Shown here piece after piece: positions 1 to 15,199 of a DNA stretch of 64,000 bases (its first letter is position 1; each line of letters begins with the position of its first letter). Both the position numbers and the translations under genes were made by a program. Under the pieces are notes generated by a model. The model made no database searches. It saw only the letters and a program-made list of their open reading frames with translations, and was not told the DNA's origin. This DNA is from the human T2T-CHM13v2.0 reference genome, Homo sapiens: the NCBI RefSeq assembly GCF_009914755.1, contig NC_060931.1. One strand, given 5' to 3'.

Positions 1-1462
1 TATTCATTTTGTTCTTGCCTGTTTGCTCTAGGTAGAAGTTGCAGTATCCTCTTAATAAGTAGTAGCAGGAGTACACTTTGTCTTGTTCCATATTTTAGAT
101 GAAAAGCTATCAACTTTTCCCTTTTGAGTGTGATGATATTAGCTGTGGGTTTATTATGTATGGCTTTTATTGTGTTGAGGTACTTCTTTTTATACTTATG
201 TTGTTTGAAGCTTTTATCAGGAAAATATGATACATTTTATTAAATGCTTTTTCTGTATCTATTGAGATGTTCACATGGTTTTGTTCTTCATCATTCCCTT
301 AATGTGGTGTATTACACTTATTACCTTGCATATATTGTCGCATCCTTGCATCGCAGGGACAAGTCCCACTTGAAAATGATTAATAATTTTTAATTGTGCT
401 GTTGAATTATGTTGTATTACAGTCTACCTCTCCCTTCATAGTTATCTATTAATATTTCTTTAATATATTTGGGAGCTCCAATTTTGGATTATATATATAT
501 ATATTTATAAATGATATATTCCCTTGATTAACCCCATTAACATAATATAATGAATGACCTTCTCCTCCTTTCTTATAGTTTTGGACTTCAAATCTGTTTT
601 ATCTGATATAAATATAGCTATTCCTGCTCTCTTTTTGTCTTCATTTGTACAGATTATTTTTTCCATTCCTTCACTTTCAGTCTATGTGCTTCCCTTAACG
701 GTGGCATATAGTTGGGTCTTGGCTGCATTATTATTATTTTTTAATTGATTAAGTTATTCCTTACCTTTTGATTGCATAATTTAATCCATTTACATTCATG
801 GTAATTATTAATTGATAAGGAATTACTATTTTCTTGTTTATTTCAGCTTGAACAACTCTCTGTAGCATTTCTCGTAAAGAAGGTCTGATGGTAATGGACC
901 CCCTCAGCTTTTATTTGTCTGAAAAAGCCTTTATTTTCCATTTCTAAATAACATTTTTATTTATAGTATACTTACTTTGCAGTTCTATTTCCCTCAACAC
1001 GTTGACTACATCATTTCATTCTTTCCTGGCATGTGGTATTTCTACTGAGAAATCTGCTGATAGCCTTATTGGAACTCCCTTACATTTGATTTATTTCTTT
1101 TCTCTTGCTGATTTCAGAATCTTCTCTTTATTTTTAATTTTTGATGGCTTAATTATATTATGCCTTGGTGTAGTCTTATTTGGAGTTAATCTGATTAAAG
1201 ATGTTTGATTTCTAGCCTTCTTGGAACTCTTCTTAAAATTGATTTTTTCTTTCTTTTCTCTTGCTGCTTTCAGGATCTTCCTTTATCTTTACTTCTTGAT
1301 GATTTGATTATAATATGCCTTGACGTAGTCTTATTTGGAGTTAATCTGATTAGAGATCTTGGATTTTCCTCTAGATGGATATTTTTATATTTTCTCATAT
1401 TTGAAAAGCATTCTGCTATTGTTTTTAAAAATAATCTAATACTTTGCTGCTCTCTTCTTCTT

Positions 1463-4278
<2,816 letters not shown>

Positions 4279-4446
4279 TGAGTTCACAGATTTCTTTGTG
4301 TGTGTGTGTAAAAAATTATATTGTTTATGCTCTCTATTTTATTTTATTCATTGTATTTTATAGGTCCATAATTGCATTATTTATTTATTTTAATAGCCTT
4401 AGGAGTACAAGTGGCTTTTCATTACATGGATGAATTTGTTAGTGGT

Positions 4447-4920
4447 TGTGATGGTTAATATTGAGTATCAACTTGATTGGATTGAAGGATGCAAAGTACT
4501 GATCCTGGGTGTGTCTGTGAGAGTATTGCCAAAGGAGATTAACATTTGAGCCAGTGGGCTGGGGAAGGCAGACCCACACTTAATCTGGTGGGCAAAATAT
4601 AATCAGCTGCCAGCAAATACAAAGCAGGCAGAAAAACGTGAAGCGGAGAGAATGGCCTAGCCTCCCAGCCTTCATCTTTCCCCCATGCTGGATGCTTCCT
4701 GCCCTAAAACATCGGACTCTAGGTACTTTGGTTTTGAGACTCAGACTGGCTCTCCTTGCTCCTCAAGCTTACAGACAGTGTATTGTGTTACCTTGTGATC
4801 ATGTAAGTTAATACTTAATAAACTTCTCATATATAGATATAGATATCCTATATACCTATCTCTCTATCTATCTATAGATATCTATATCTATCTATATCTA
4901 TGTATCTATCTGTCTATGTG

Positions 4921-4960
<40 letters not shown>

Positions 4961-5005
4961 CCTATCCTATTAGTTCTGACCCTCTAGGGAACCCTGACTA
5001 ATACA
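4447..5005 (+). mobile_element. MLT2A2-like solo LTR (ERVL)
   Basis: TGTGATGGTTAATA...CCCTGACTAATACA termini; 5-bp TSD GTGGT at 4442-4446 and 5006-5010. Confidence 0.92.
4829..4968. repeat. Compound (TATC/TCTA)n microsatellite inside the MLT2A2 LTR
   Basis: Direct reading: TA/TCTA runs with a pure (TCTA)n core at about 4921-4960. Confidence 0.95.
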
Positions 5006-7484
5006 GTGGTGAAGTCTGGGATTTGAGTGAACATTGTACGTAATATGCAGTTTTTTATCTTTCACCTCCTTTCCAGCCTTCCCACTTCTGATTGTTCAGT
5101 GTCCAGTATACCAATCTGTATGCCTTTGTGTAACCATAACTTAGATACCATTTATAAGTGAGAATATGTAGTATTGGGTTTTTAATTTCTGAGACACTTC
5201 ACTTAGAATAATGGCTTGTAGTTCCATCAAAATTGCTACAATATACATTATTTTATTCTTTCTTATGACTGAGTAGGATTCCATGGTGTGTGTGTATGTG
5301 TTTGTGTGTGTGTAATCAAAAAACAATAACTAAGACAATATCTTTAACAGAGAATATTAAAGTTGTTTAAAAAAAATTATGGCAGTAACTACATCACTAA
5401 TCATGGAAATGCAAATTAAAACCACAATGATATATTGTGTGTGTGTGTGTGCGTGTGTATCACACTTTCTTTATCTACTCATCACTTGATGGACACTTAG
5501 GTTGATTTCATATCTTTGAAATTGTGAATTGTGCTGCCATGAACATATGCATGCAGGTGTCTTTTTGATATAGGGACTTCCTTTGCTTTGGGAAGGTACC
5601 CAGTTGTGGGATTACTGGATCAAATGGTAGGTCTAGTTTTGGTTCTTTGAAAAATCTTCATACTGTTTTCCATAGAGGTTGTACTAATTTACACTCCTAC
5701 CAGCAGTGTATAAGCATTTCCTTTTCACTGCATTCATGTCAACATCTATAGTTTTTTGACTTTTAAATAATTTTGTATGCAGTTCTCTCCATAATTTCTG
5801 TTTGATTTCTTTATAAAAACGTCAATATCTCTGTTAAACTTATTGTTTTGTTTGTTTATTGTTTTCCTGATTTCATGAAATTGCTTTTCTTTATTTTCTT
5901 AAATTTTGTTGAATTTTCTTAGAACAATTATGTTGAAGTTTTTGTCAGGTAATTTATATAGTTTCATTTCCTTGAGGTCAGTTTGGGAGATTATTGTGTT
6001 CTTTTAGTTGTATTATATCTCCTCGGTTTTTTGTGTTTCTTGTTGTCTTACATTGATGTCTGTATATTTGAAGAAGTAGAAACTTATTCCACTCTTTGTG
6101 TACTGGTTTTGTTTGAGACAGTTCTTGATCAGTCAACCCATTCAAAAATTCTGGGGAAGTCATCTGGAGTGGCTGGTATGTAGACTTGGTTTAGAGTCTT
6201 CAGGTAGTCTTCCCTGGTTCCTGGAGCAGCAGGTAGATAGGCCTGGCATCTAGGTTCATGGAGTTATGCCTGGAGTATAAACTGACTGCTTTGGACCAAT
6301 TGGGTCTGAGTAGATGAACCTGGAACCTAAGTCTGTGTGGATAGGAATGGAGCTTGTATTCATAGCCAGGGTTCACAGACACTGATCTGTCATTGAGGTA
6401 GACCCTGAGCATGAATATACAGATGCTATCCAGATACTGGGATAGCCCTGGTGCCCACATCCTCCATGATGGGTTTAGAACATGAGTCCCCAGGGGCAGG
6501 CCTGACATTGGGGTGGGCCTGGAGCTTGAGTCTGTAGAGAAGGGCCTGAAGCCTGAGTTTACAGGGGTGGTCTTGTAGCCTCTTTCTGTGGAGGCTGGTG
6601 GAACCATGGGTAACAGGAGTGGGTCTAGGTGCTGGCTCTGCTAGGGCAGGCCTGGACCTTGACCATGACCCTGGGTTCACTAAAGCTAAGGGCCACATGG
6701 ACCAGGCTAAAATTATGAGGCCAGGCTCGTTCTAGGCAGGCATTGAAACTGAGTTTGTGGGAGCAGATATGGAAACTGGGATTGCAGCTGTTAGACTTGA
6801 GCCTGAAGCCATGTGGCCTGGCCTGGGGCCTTGGGTTGTATGCACTGGAGCCTATGTCTTTAGGTGCCAATTCAGTGCTTAGGGACTACTGGGATGAGCC
6901 TGAATCTGGTTCTACTAGAACATGGAACAGCTGGGCCAGGCCTAGAAGGTGGGGCAGTCTTCCATTTAGCAGGCCTATAATCTGTATCTATGGAACTGGC
7001 CTGGTGTCTGAGATTAGTCATATCAAGTTGGAGGTGGTATGGGCTTGAAGCCTGGGTCTCTGTGAGCTGACTTGGCTCTGGGTTGGTTTATAACTGCCGG
7101 GTGGGCCTAGAGCCTAAGGGATTACTTGTGGCTGGGTAGGCCTGAAATCTGCATCCATAGGGGCTGACCGGAGGGTTAGGTCTGTGAGTGCTGGCCTCAT
7201 GACTAGAAATTTGGGGCCACCCGGGTGCTAGACCAGGCCTATGCAGCCAGCCTTGTGCTATGAGCAGTTTGGAGCCTGGGGCAATGGGTACTAACCTGGA
7301 GTCTAGAATCCTGGGACTACCCCTGGGGCCTGAGTCTGTTGGGGGTGGCCTGGTCCTGGGTTGGGACCAAAGTTCAGTGGCATTGGATTGGAGCTTACCT
7401 AAAGCTGGAGCCAGCCTGGAGCCTGGATGCACTGGGGTTGGTCTGATTGAGGGCAGTCCTAGAGACAGAGGCTGACAGGCCTGA

Positions 7485-8038
7485 TCTATTAGTCAGGGTT
7501 CTCTAGAGGTACAGAACTAATAGCATAGATGTATATATGAAGAAGAGTTTATTAAGGATTATTGACTCACAGGATCGCAAGGTGAAGTCCTATAATAGGC
7601 CATCTGAAAGCTGAGGAGCAAGGAAGCCAGTCCAAGTCTCAAAATCTCAAAAGTAGGGAAACTGACAGTAAAGCCTTCAATCTATGGCCGAAGGCCTGAG
7701 AGCCCCTGCAAACCACTGATGTAAGTCCAGGAGTCCAAAAGCTGAAGAACTTGGAGTCTGATGTTTGAGGGCAGGAAGTGTCCAGCAAGGGAGAAAGATG
7801 AAGGGCAGAAGACTCAGCCAGTCTAGTCATTCCACATTCTTCTGCCTGCTGTATTCTAGCCATACTGACAGCTGATTAGATGGTGCCCCTACGCCCCCAA
7901 ACTGAGCGTGGGTCTGCCTCTCCTAGTCCACTGACTCAAATGTTAATCTCCTTTGGCAGCTCCCTCACAGACACACCCAGGAACAATACTTTATGTCCTT
8001 CAATCCAATCAAGTTGACACTCAATATTAACTATCACA
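7485..8038 (-). mobile_element. MLT2A1-like solo LTR (ERVL)
   Basis: Antisense termini T(C)TATTAGTCAGGGTTC...AATATTAACTATCACA; TSD CCTGA/CCTGG at 7480-7484 and 8039-8043. Confidence 0.92.
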
Positions 8039-8470
8039 CCTGGAGACTGGGCCTGTGGGATTCTGATTGACACTGGGTGGGCCTAGAGCTGTAGACTGTG
8101 GCCGGTGTCTGGGTCTGTGGGGGTCTTCCCAACACTAAGTTTTACTTGGGCAGACCTAGTGTGAGTGTGTGAGGTAAAGTCCGGTGCTCATTTTTCCTCT
8201 CCTTTCCCACATGGAAGGTATGTCTTTCTAAACTTTGCCACGTGGGGTTGGGAGAGTGATAACAAAAATAATGTAAAATTATCCTACTGACTCCCTTTAA
8301 TGTTTTTTTTTCTTATTTCTGTGCTACAGTCAGTTGCTGTAATTTCTCACTTTGTTTCCTTAGCTCTTGTAAGGGATTTCTGTGCACAGATAATTTTTTA
8401 ACTTGATATTACTGCAGGGAGAAGAGCACTGGGAAATCCTATTTGTCAATCTTACTATATCCAGCTCCTA

Positions 8471-9135
<665 letters not shown>

Positions 9136-9527
9136 TATTTATTTCTTTTAACAGCATCATGTATGAATAAAGTATTTTTATATTGTATTCTTCAACCAGA
9201 TTTTTAAATAATTAGAATGTTAGTTAGAAATAATCTATACAGGATTTTAATGTATTATTTTCTCCTGAATGCCCTTTATAAGCTCAGTCATGAATATAAT
9301 TAGAAAATATTAATTAATTGACACATAGCCAATTTTTCCTATTTAGAAATACAGATCTATATGGATTTTACTTACATCAGTCCTAAATATGCTAATCAAA
9401 TATATAATTTACACCTAAAATTGCATTCAAATATTTTTGGTAATTGTTAATGCCCAGAGCTAAAAATACTCGTATAATTAACTTTATATTTTAATGTAAG
9501 TAATGGTTATTTTGTTCCATGCTGTAC

Positions 9528-9885
9528 CTGACTCCAGACCAAACATTCTTTGTTATTATGCACTGAATGAGAGGGATAACGAGGTATTTAAATTTTTTTC
9601 CATTATAAATTTTAACATATTCAGCTTTGTTAGAAAGTATTTGCATCCCGTGATTGAGACTTCAAAGCCAGCAATGCCATCGTTTGAGGTTGTGTATATT
9701 TTTGTTCATTTGTTTTCGTTTTGTACACTTTTGAAGCCAGTGTTACCTACAGCTTTGAAAGTATTTTGCCTATATAATTCTTGCAGAAAGCCAATATATT
9801 AAAAAAATTGTCTCTCGCATGGCCCGCCTTGTCATTTTTGTCCATAATTAGTACCACAAATTACTTCCAGTTACTTAAAGCTAAG
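9528..9885 (-). pseudogene. Decayed multi-EGF-repeat exon block
   Basis: Minus translation: VICGTNYGQK*QGGPCER, AFCKN, NTFKAVGNTGFKSVQNE (9715-9765; matches CxCxxGFxGxxCE spacing with mutated Cys codons), DGIAGFE (9661-9681), NNKECL. Confidence 0.65.
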
Positions 9886-10117
9886 CAAAATATCCTGCCT
9901 GGTGTGCTTATAAAAATACATTTAAGATTTGTGTGACTTATTTCTATGTTGGAAGATATTAAAGAAGAAAAGGTAGATATTAATGTAAAACAGTAAAATA
10001 TAGACACTAAAATGCAAACTATATTATGATAAGCAGTCAGTAGTTGGTATGCTACTTATTAGCTTCTTTAACAATGTAATTACTATTAGCTTTTTTTCTC
10101 TCTCTCTCTTTTTGTCT

Positions 10118-10437
10118 TCTTAATTATTTTTTAAACTTTTATTTTAGGTTTGGGGGTAGATGTGAAGGTTTGTTACATAGTTAAACACGTGTCAAGCAGG
10201 TTTGTTGTATATATTATTTCATCACCTGGGTATTAAGCCCAGTAAACAACAGTTATCTTTTCTTCTTCCCTCTCTGCTCCCACCCTCCCGTGTCAATAGA
10301 CCCTAATAATGTTTGTTGTTTCCTTCTTTATGATCATAAGTTCTTATCATTTAGGTCCCACTTATAAGTGAGAACACGTGGTAGTTGATTTTCTGTTCTT
10401 GCCTTAGTCTGCTAAGGATAATAGCCTCTAGCTCCAG
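10118..10437 (-). mobile_element. L1PA13-like 3' end fragment
   Basis: Antisense 3'UTR (TTTGTTACATAG...CCCACTTATAAGTGAGAAC...CTCTAGCTCCA). Confidence 0.85.
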
Positions 10438-10476
10438 TTTGACTGTTTCTAAACCAAAGAAGCATGTTGTCTAAAA

Positions 10477-10522
10477 TACATACATACATACATACATACA
10501 TACATACATACATACATACATA
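10477..10522. repeat. (TACA)n tetranucleotide microsatellite
   Basis: Direct reading. Confidence 0.95.
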
Positions 10523-11230
10523 CTTTCCTCAGCTCTTACCAGAACTGGTCAAATAATACTCACTAATTATCTACAATTGGTTTTATAAATTCAGTACAAT
10601 TTCTGTTCAGAAATAAAGGTACAAATTCTTCAAACATTTGGATTAGTGCTTACATGGCTTGGAACCTTTTATTAGCTAATAATTCTGGGATCTTAAAATA
10701 CTTTAATGAGTCTTAAAATATAGACACTATTAATTTTTAGTACTTTGACATTTTGAAGATGATAATGCACATGATTAAGGCTAATTCAATAAGATAATTA
10801 CATATATAATTTGCTTAATTGAGATGGATGAGTGTTGGAAAAAGTTGGCTAAATATAGTGATCTCAAATTGAAGATTACATCTGTTCAGTTGAAAATGTG
10901 ACCCTCCTAATATAAAGCACAATTCTGTCATTTTAATCTAGGACTAAATTCTGCAACTATTTCCTTTAGCTGTAATTTTCCATGTTAACAATTTTTTAGC
11001 AAATTAACAATGCTTCTTTTTTCTATGTAATTATTATTAGTATTGTTGGCATTCATTATATTTAAACTGGTTATTAATATAAACATTAGAACTGTCAAGT
11101 TAAGTATCTTCAATTAATCTATAAATCATACATATATATTTCTTCATTTAATAATTAAGACATAGTTTTTAGAAGACACAGGACTGAGCTACTATGCTAT
11201 TGTATGTATTTAGTTTAAAGTAAGTATCTT

Positions 11231-11585
11231 GGTTTGGGGATGGTGGCTCATGCCTGTAATCCCAGCAAATTGATTGATAAGCTGAGGTGGGAGTATTGCT
11301 TGAGTTCAGGACTTTCAGACCAACATGGACAGCATAGCAACCCCCTGTCTCAATAATAAATAATTTAAAAACTAACTGAGTGCAGTGGCATGCACCTGTA
11401 GTCCTAGCTAGTCAGGAGGCTGAGGTGGGAGGATTGCTTGAAACTAGGATTTCAAGGCTGCTATTAACCATGATTGTGCAACTGCGCTCCAGCCTGGGCA
11501 ACAGAGCAAGACTCAGTATCTAAAATAAAATGAAATAAAATAAAATAAAATAAAATAAAATAAAATAAAATAAAATAAAATAAAT
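11231..11585 (+). mobile_element. AluJ-like SINE with (TAAAA)n tail
   Basis: Dimeric Alu with AluJ-type GGATTGCTTGA...CAAGGCTGC; patterned tail at 11521-11585. Confidence 0.9.
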
Positions 11586-12387
11586 ACTGAGAAACTTTTT
11601 CTGTTAATTAAAAAATTATACTTTCATTATCTCCTCTATAACTTCTGTTTCTAATTCCTACAGAGTTGTAGACTACATTCAAAATTTGATTATCTGTTCA
11701 TTGACAGATTGTCTAGCAAGTTTAAACGTGGTAGGTAACCACACAATTTTTCTACGACATACTCCAAATCTCACTATTAACTGTAAGAGAAATTTATCAC
11801 ATTTTCATTGTATAAATCAATATTGAATTATTATTATTAGCTTCACTTCTAGATACAGCGGGATAATTGTGCTGGGTTTACCTTATTGTTGTAAACAATG
11901 ATAGCACTGAACAGATATGAAAGATGACATTTTTCAGGCTTTCTACAATAGTTAGCACAGGTCTTAGATTTTTGAGAGAACGGAAACATGTCTGAGGTTT
12001 CATCCTACAGCATTTTCTGGCTGCAGAACAAGGGTGTGAAGGCCAAGTGGAAAACAGCTCTCTTGAGAAGCTGGGGAAATAGAAATAGAAGTTTGAGGGT
12101 GCTGAACTTTGGAATTTGTCAAGCATTATACCAAAAAGGAGAGAGCTACACCCAGAGAGGTCTCCAAAACGTCTGTTGTTTCTTCTAGAGACCTCATTGA
12201 AAGCTTGGCTATGTGTTATGAGGCTTAAAGAAAAAGAAAAAGAGTTACCGCAGGACCAACTGCTAAATAAATATACTAGAGATTTCATGGTGTTGGAAAT
12301 TCTAGACTTCCAAGCCATATGGAGTAGAGATATTCTCTTCGACATATTCTATATTCTAATGAGAAAGCAAGTCTGTGGTTTAGAAGC

Positions 12388-12617
12388 ATAGATTCACAGA
12401 GCTTTTACATAAAAGGCCAGCTAGCAATTATTTTAGGTTTTCATGGCCATATGATCTCCATACCAACTACTCAGCTTTTCAATCTTACTGGCAAAGATGC
12501 TACAGACAATTCATAAGCAAATAGGCATTGGTATGTTGAAAAATATATTTTAAAGCAAAACTAAACATATAAAAATCAGATTATTTGGCCTGCAGACTTT
12601 AGTTTGCCTACTCTTGT
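12388..12617 (+). mobile_element. MER58A-like hAT-Charlie MITE
   Basis: AAAGGCCAG..TATTTTAGG..CAACTACTCA..AGACAAT..TTTGGCC..TAGTTTGCC..CTTG; strand relative to the recalled consensus. Confidence 0.8.
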
Positions 12618-13190
12618 TCTAGAGTATTTGCCAAATTCTAGGAATGAGCACAAAATTAAAATAGACTTGCCCTAGCAAAACATAAAATCAAGCATGACAT
12701 TACTAGTAGTGACCTCCACTATTTTAACTGTATCTCAAAGCAAAATGCAATGCTTTTTAAAGGAAAGTAATGTAATACCAGTTCTCTACAATGTATAGTC
12801 CACAACAGTTGGCATAAAATTAACCAGAAACATTATACATGCAAAGAATCAGGGAATATAACTCATAATTTTTTAAAAAAAGCATGCAAATAGACCCTGT
12901 GGTCTCAGATGCTGTATTTCAAAAATAAAACTGACAAATAAATATGTATCAGGCAATTTAAAACAAAGGATGCATATCATCAATAAAAATATGTAAAAAC
13001 AAAAGGAAAAGGACACAAAAATAAAATAGAAATTTTTGACTGAAAACTATAATATCTGAAATTCTAAAGGACATATATAAATTTCAGAAAATGTTCTCTG
13101 ACCACAGTGGAATTGAATTTGAAATCATTATTAAATAAGATGGGAATTATTGGTAAATAAAAATCAATGATCTCACTAAACATTTGGAAT

Positions 13191-13550
13191 TTATTACTTT
13201 TGTTTTAACTTTTAGGTTGAGGGGTATATGTGCAGCTTTGTTACACAGGTAAACATGTGTCTAGGGGTTTGTTGTACAGATTACTTCATCAAAGAGTTAT
13301 ACACCATGGAATATTATGCAGCCATAAAAAAGGACAAGATCATGTCCTTTGCAGGGACATGGATGGAGATGGAGGCCATTATCCTTAGCAAACTAATGCA
13401 GGAGCAGAAAACCAAATTATGCATGTTCTCACTTGTAAGTGGGAGCTAAATGGTTAGAACACATGGACACATAGATGGGAACAACACACACTGGAGCTCT
13501 CAGAGGTTGGAAGGTGAGAGGAGGGAGAGGATCAGGAAAAATAGATAATG
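13191..13550 (-). mobile_element. Very short L1PA13-like insertion with 5' inversion (minus 13191-13291, plus ~13298-13550)
   Basis: 3'UTR end antisense, then ORF2 end/3'UTR sense; TSD-like AAA(C/T)ATTTGGAA at 13178-13189 and 13552-13563. Confidence 0.85.
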
Positions 13551-14244
13551 AAAATATTTGGAACGTAATTAGCCCATTTCTAAATAATTTTTGGGTGACA
13601 GAAATGGTTTTTAGATATTTAAAAATTAGATATATTTTGGACTTGATAATATGTAATATATCAAAATGTATGTGATACAGGTAAAACCATGCTTAGTGTA
13701 ATAATTTATAGTATATTTAAATGCTGTTAGAAAAGAAATTTAAAATTAATAATTGGAAGTTCTACCTAAAAAAACTAGAAAATAAAAGCTAATTAAGTAA
13801 AAGGAAAAAAGTATAGAAATATTAAAATAATAAAAGCTAATTAAGTAAAAAGAAGAAAATAATATAGAAATTACTTAAATGAGTAGAAATTATTTGAATA
13901 GGACATAAATTATTCAAATAAAAATAAAAACTAGAGAAAACTACTAGGCTCTAATTTGGTTCTTCAAAAATATTGTTAGACTTAAAATTGATCATGTATA
14001 CAATAACTGACCTTAACCACAGTTGGGCCCAGATTTAGAGCAATACCTTTTATGCCAATGATTATAAGCAAAACAACTTTGACCTTAACATTTTATCTAT
14101 TCAGTTGTTTAAGTTGTACTACTACTTACTATCATAAAACAAGGACTTTGTGGATTAAATGCTTCCTGTTATTTATTGAGTACTTTGTATTAGGAAGTTT
14201 ACACTTACTATCTAATATAGAAGTTCTTATAGATACACATAAAT

Positions 14245-14350
14245 ATACCCATTTTTAAGATTAGAAAACTGAGAATCAGACAGGTTAAATGTCTTGCTAT
14301 TAAGGGTCAGAATTAGAACTGAACTCTACTCTGATGCTCTCTGTGCTACA
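14245..14350 (-). mobile_element. MIR fragment
   Basis: CCCATTTT..AGA..AGAAAACTGAG..TCAGA.AGGTTAA core. Confidence 0.6.
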
Positions 14351-14576
14351 ATTCTTCTCTAAAGTTCTCTATATGAAAGGGCAACCATGATATTTCCTAG
14401 TTAACTTGACTTCCAGTCCATGTACTGGGCCTGAAAAAACAGGTTAAGTAGGTCACTCAGTGTGTCTTAATTTAAGCAGTAATAACATTTTTTTTTTTCC
14501 AAATGGAAACCCAGTTTAACCCAAACACAGGGGTTTTTCAGTAAATAGCATAAACAGCAGTAATGATTTTACTTGC

Positions 14577-14878
14577 TTTTTTTTTTTTTTTCTCTCAGAC
14601 AGAGTCTCACTCTGGCGCCCAGGCTGGAGTGCAGTAGTACAATCTCAGCTTATTGCAACCTCCTCCTCCTGGGGTTCAAGCAATTCTCCTACCTCAGCCT
14701 CCTAAGTAGCTGGGATTACAGGCACATAGCAGTATGCCCGGCTAATTTTTGTATTTTTAGTAGAGACAGGTTTTCACCATGTTGGCCAGGTTGGTATTGA
14801 ACTCCTGACCTCAAGTGATCTGCCCACTTCAGCCTCCCTAAGTCCTGGGATTACAGGCGTGAGCCACAGTGCCCAGCC
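14577..14878 (-). mobile_element. AluS (Sx/Sz-like)
   Basis: Full dimer; TSD-like ATTTT(A/G)CTTG at 14566 and 14879. Confidence 0.93.
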
Positions 14879-14957
14879 ATTTTGCTTGTTGTATCTGCTC
14901 ATTTCTGACCTACATTCTGTCTATGATACCCCAGTCTTTCCTAACTTGCTTTAAACC

Positions 14958-15160
14958 AGCAGATGACAAACTATAGCCTATGGGTCAAATGTGGTCACGT
15001 GCTTGTGTTTGTAAATAAATATGCATTTGCATATGTTTTTACACCTCTGCTTTCCTACTACAATAGCAAAGTTGAATAGTTGTGACAAAACTCATATGGC
15101 TCACAAAACCTACAACATTTACTGTATGACCCTATGCCAAAAAACTTTGCTGCTTTCTTT
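14958..15160 (-). mobile_element. MER58A-like MITE, opposite orientation to the copy at 12388
   Basis: CAAACTATAGCC..GGTCAAAT..TTTGTAAATAAA..GTTGAATAGTTG..AAACTTTGCTG. Confidence 0.75.
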
Positions 15161-15199
15161 AAATCAATGTATCCCAGTATCTTAAATTGAGGATTACAG

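Larger units (their letters stand above)
4374..5787 (-). mobile_element. L1PB/L1MA1-type 3' end, nested in the old L1M and split by an MLT2A LTR
   Basis: Antisense 3'UTR (TACATGGATGAATT...AGTGGTGAAGTCTGGG...TTATAAGTGAGAATATG); approximate TSD TCCATAATT at 4365-4373 and 5788-5796. Confidence 0.75.
11840..13980 (+). mobile_element. Ancient L1ME-type remnant (5' region to endonuclease region), interrupted
   Basis: A-rich, with TCTCTGACCACAGTGGAAT (endonuclease SDH motif region) near 13095; highly diverged, boundaries approximate. Confidence 0.5.

Noticed and set aside
9503-9802. 99-aa plus-strand ORF (also 15375..15605, 29390..29587, 35845..36078) as real CDSs
   Set aside because: No domain similarity; they overlap the minus-strand EGF fossil blocks and are best read as antisense shadows.
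10780-11000. Weak Cys-containing minus-strand fragments (QNCA, NRCN); a similar short block lies at 25025-25120
   Set aside because: Too few positions to separate from chance without a profile search.
11878-12391. 155-aa minus-strand ORF and overlapping plus-strand ORFs
   Set aside because: No recognisable domain or EGF pattern; lies in a probable ancient L1ME 5' region.
13780-13875. ~48-bp tandem duplication (AAAAGCTAATTAAGTAAAA...)
   Set aside because: Ordinary slippage duplication in A-rich L1 remnant sequence.
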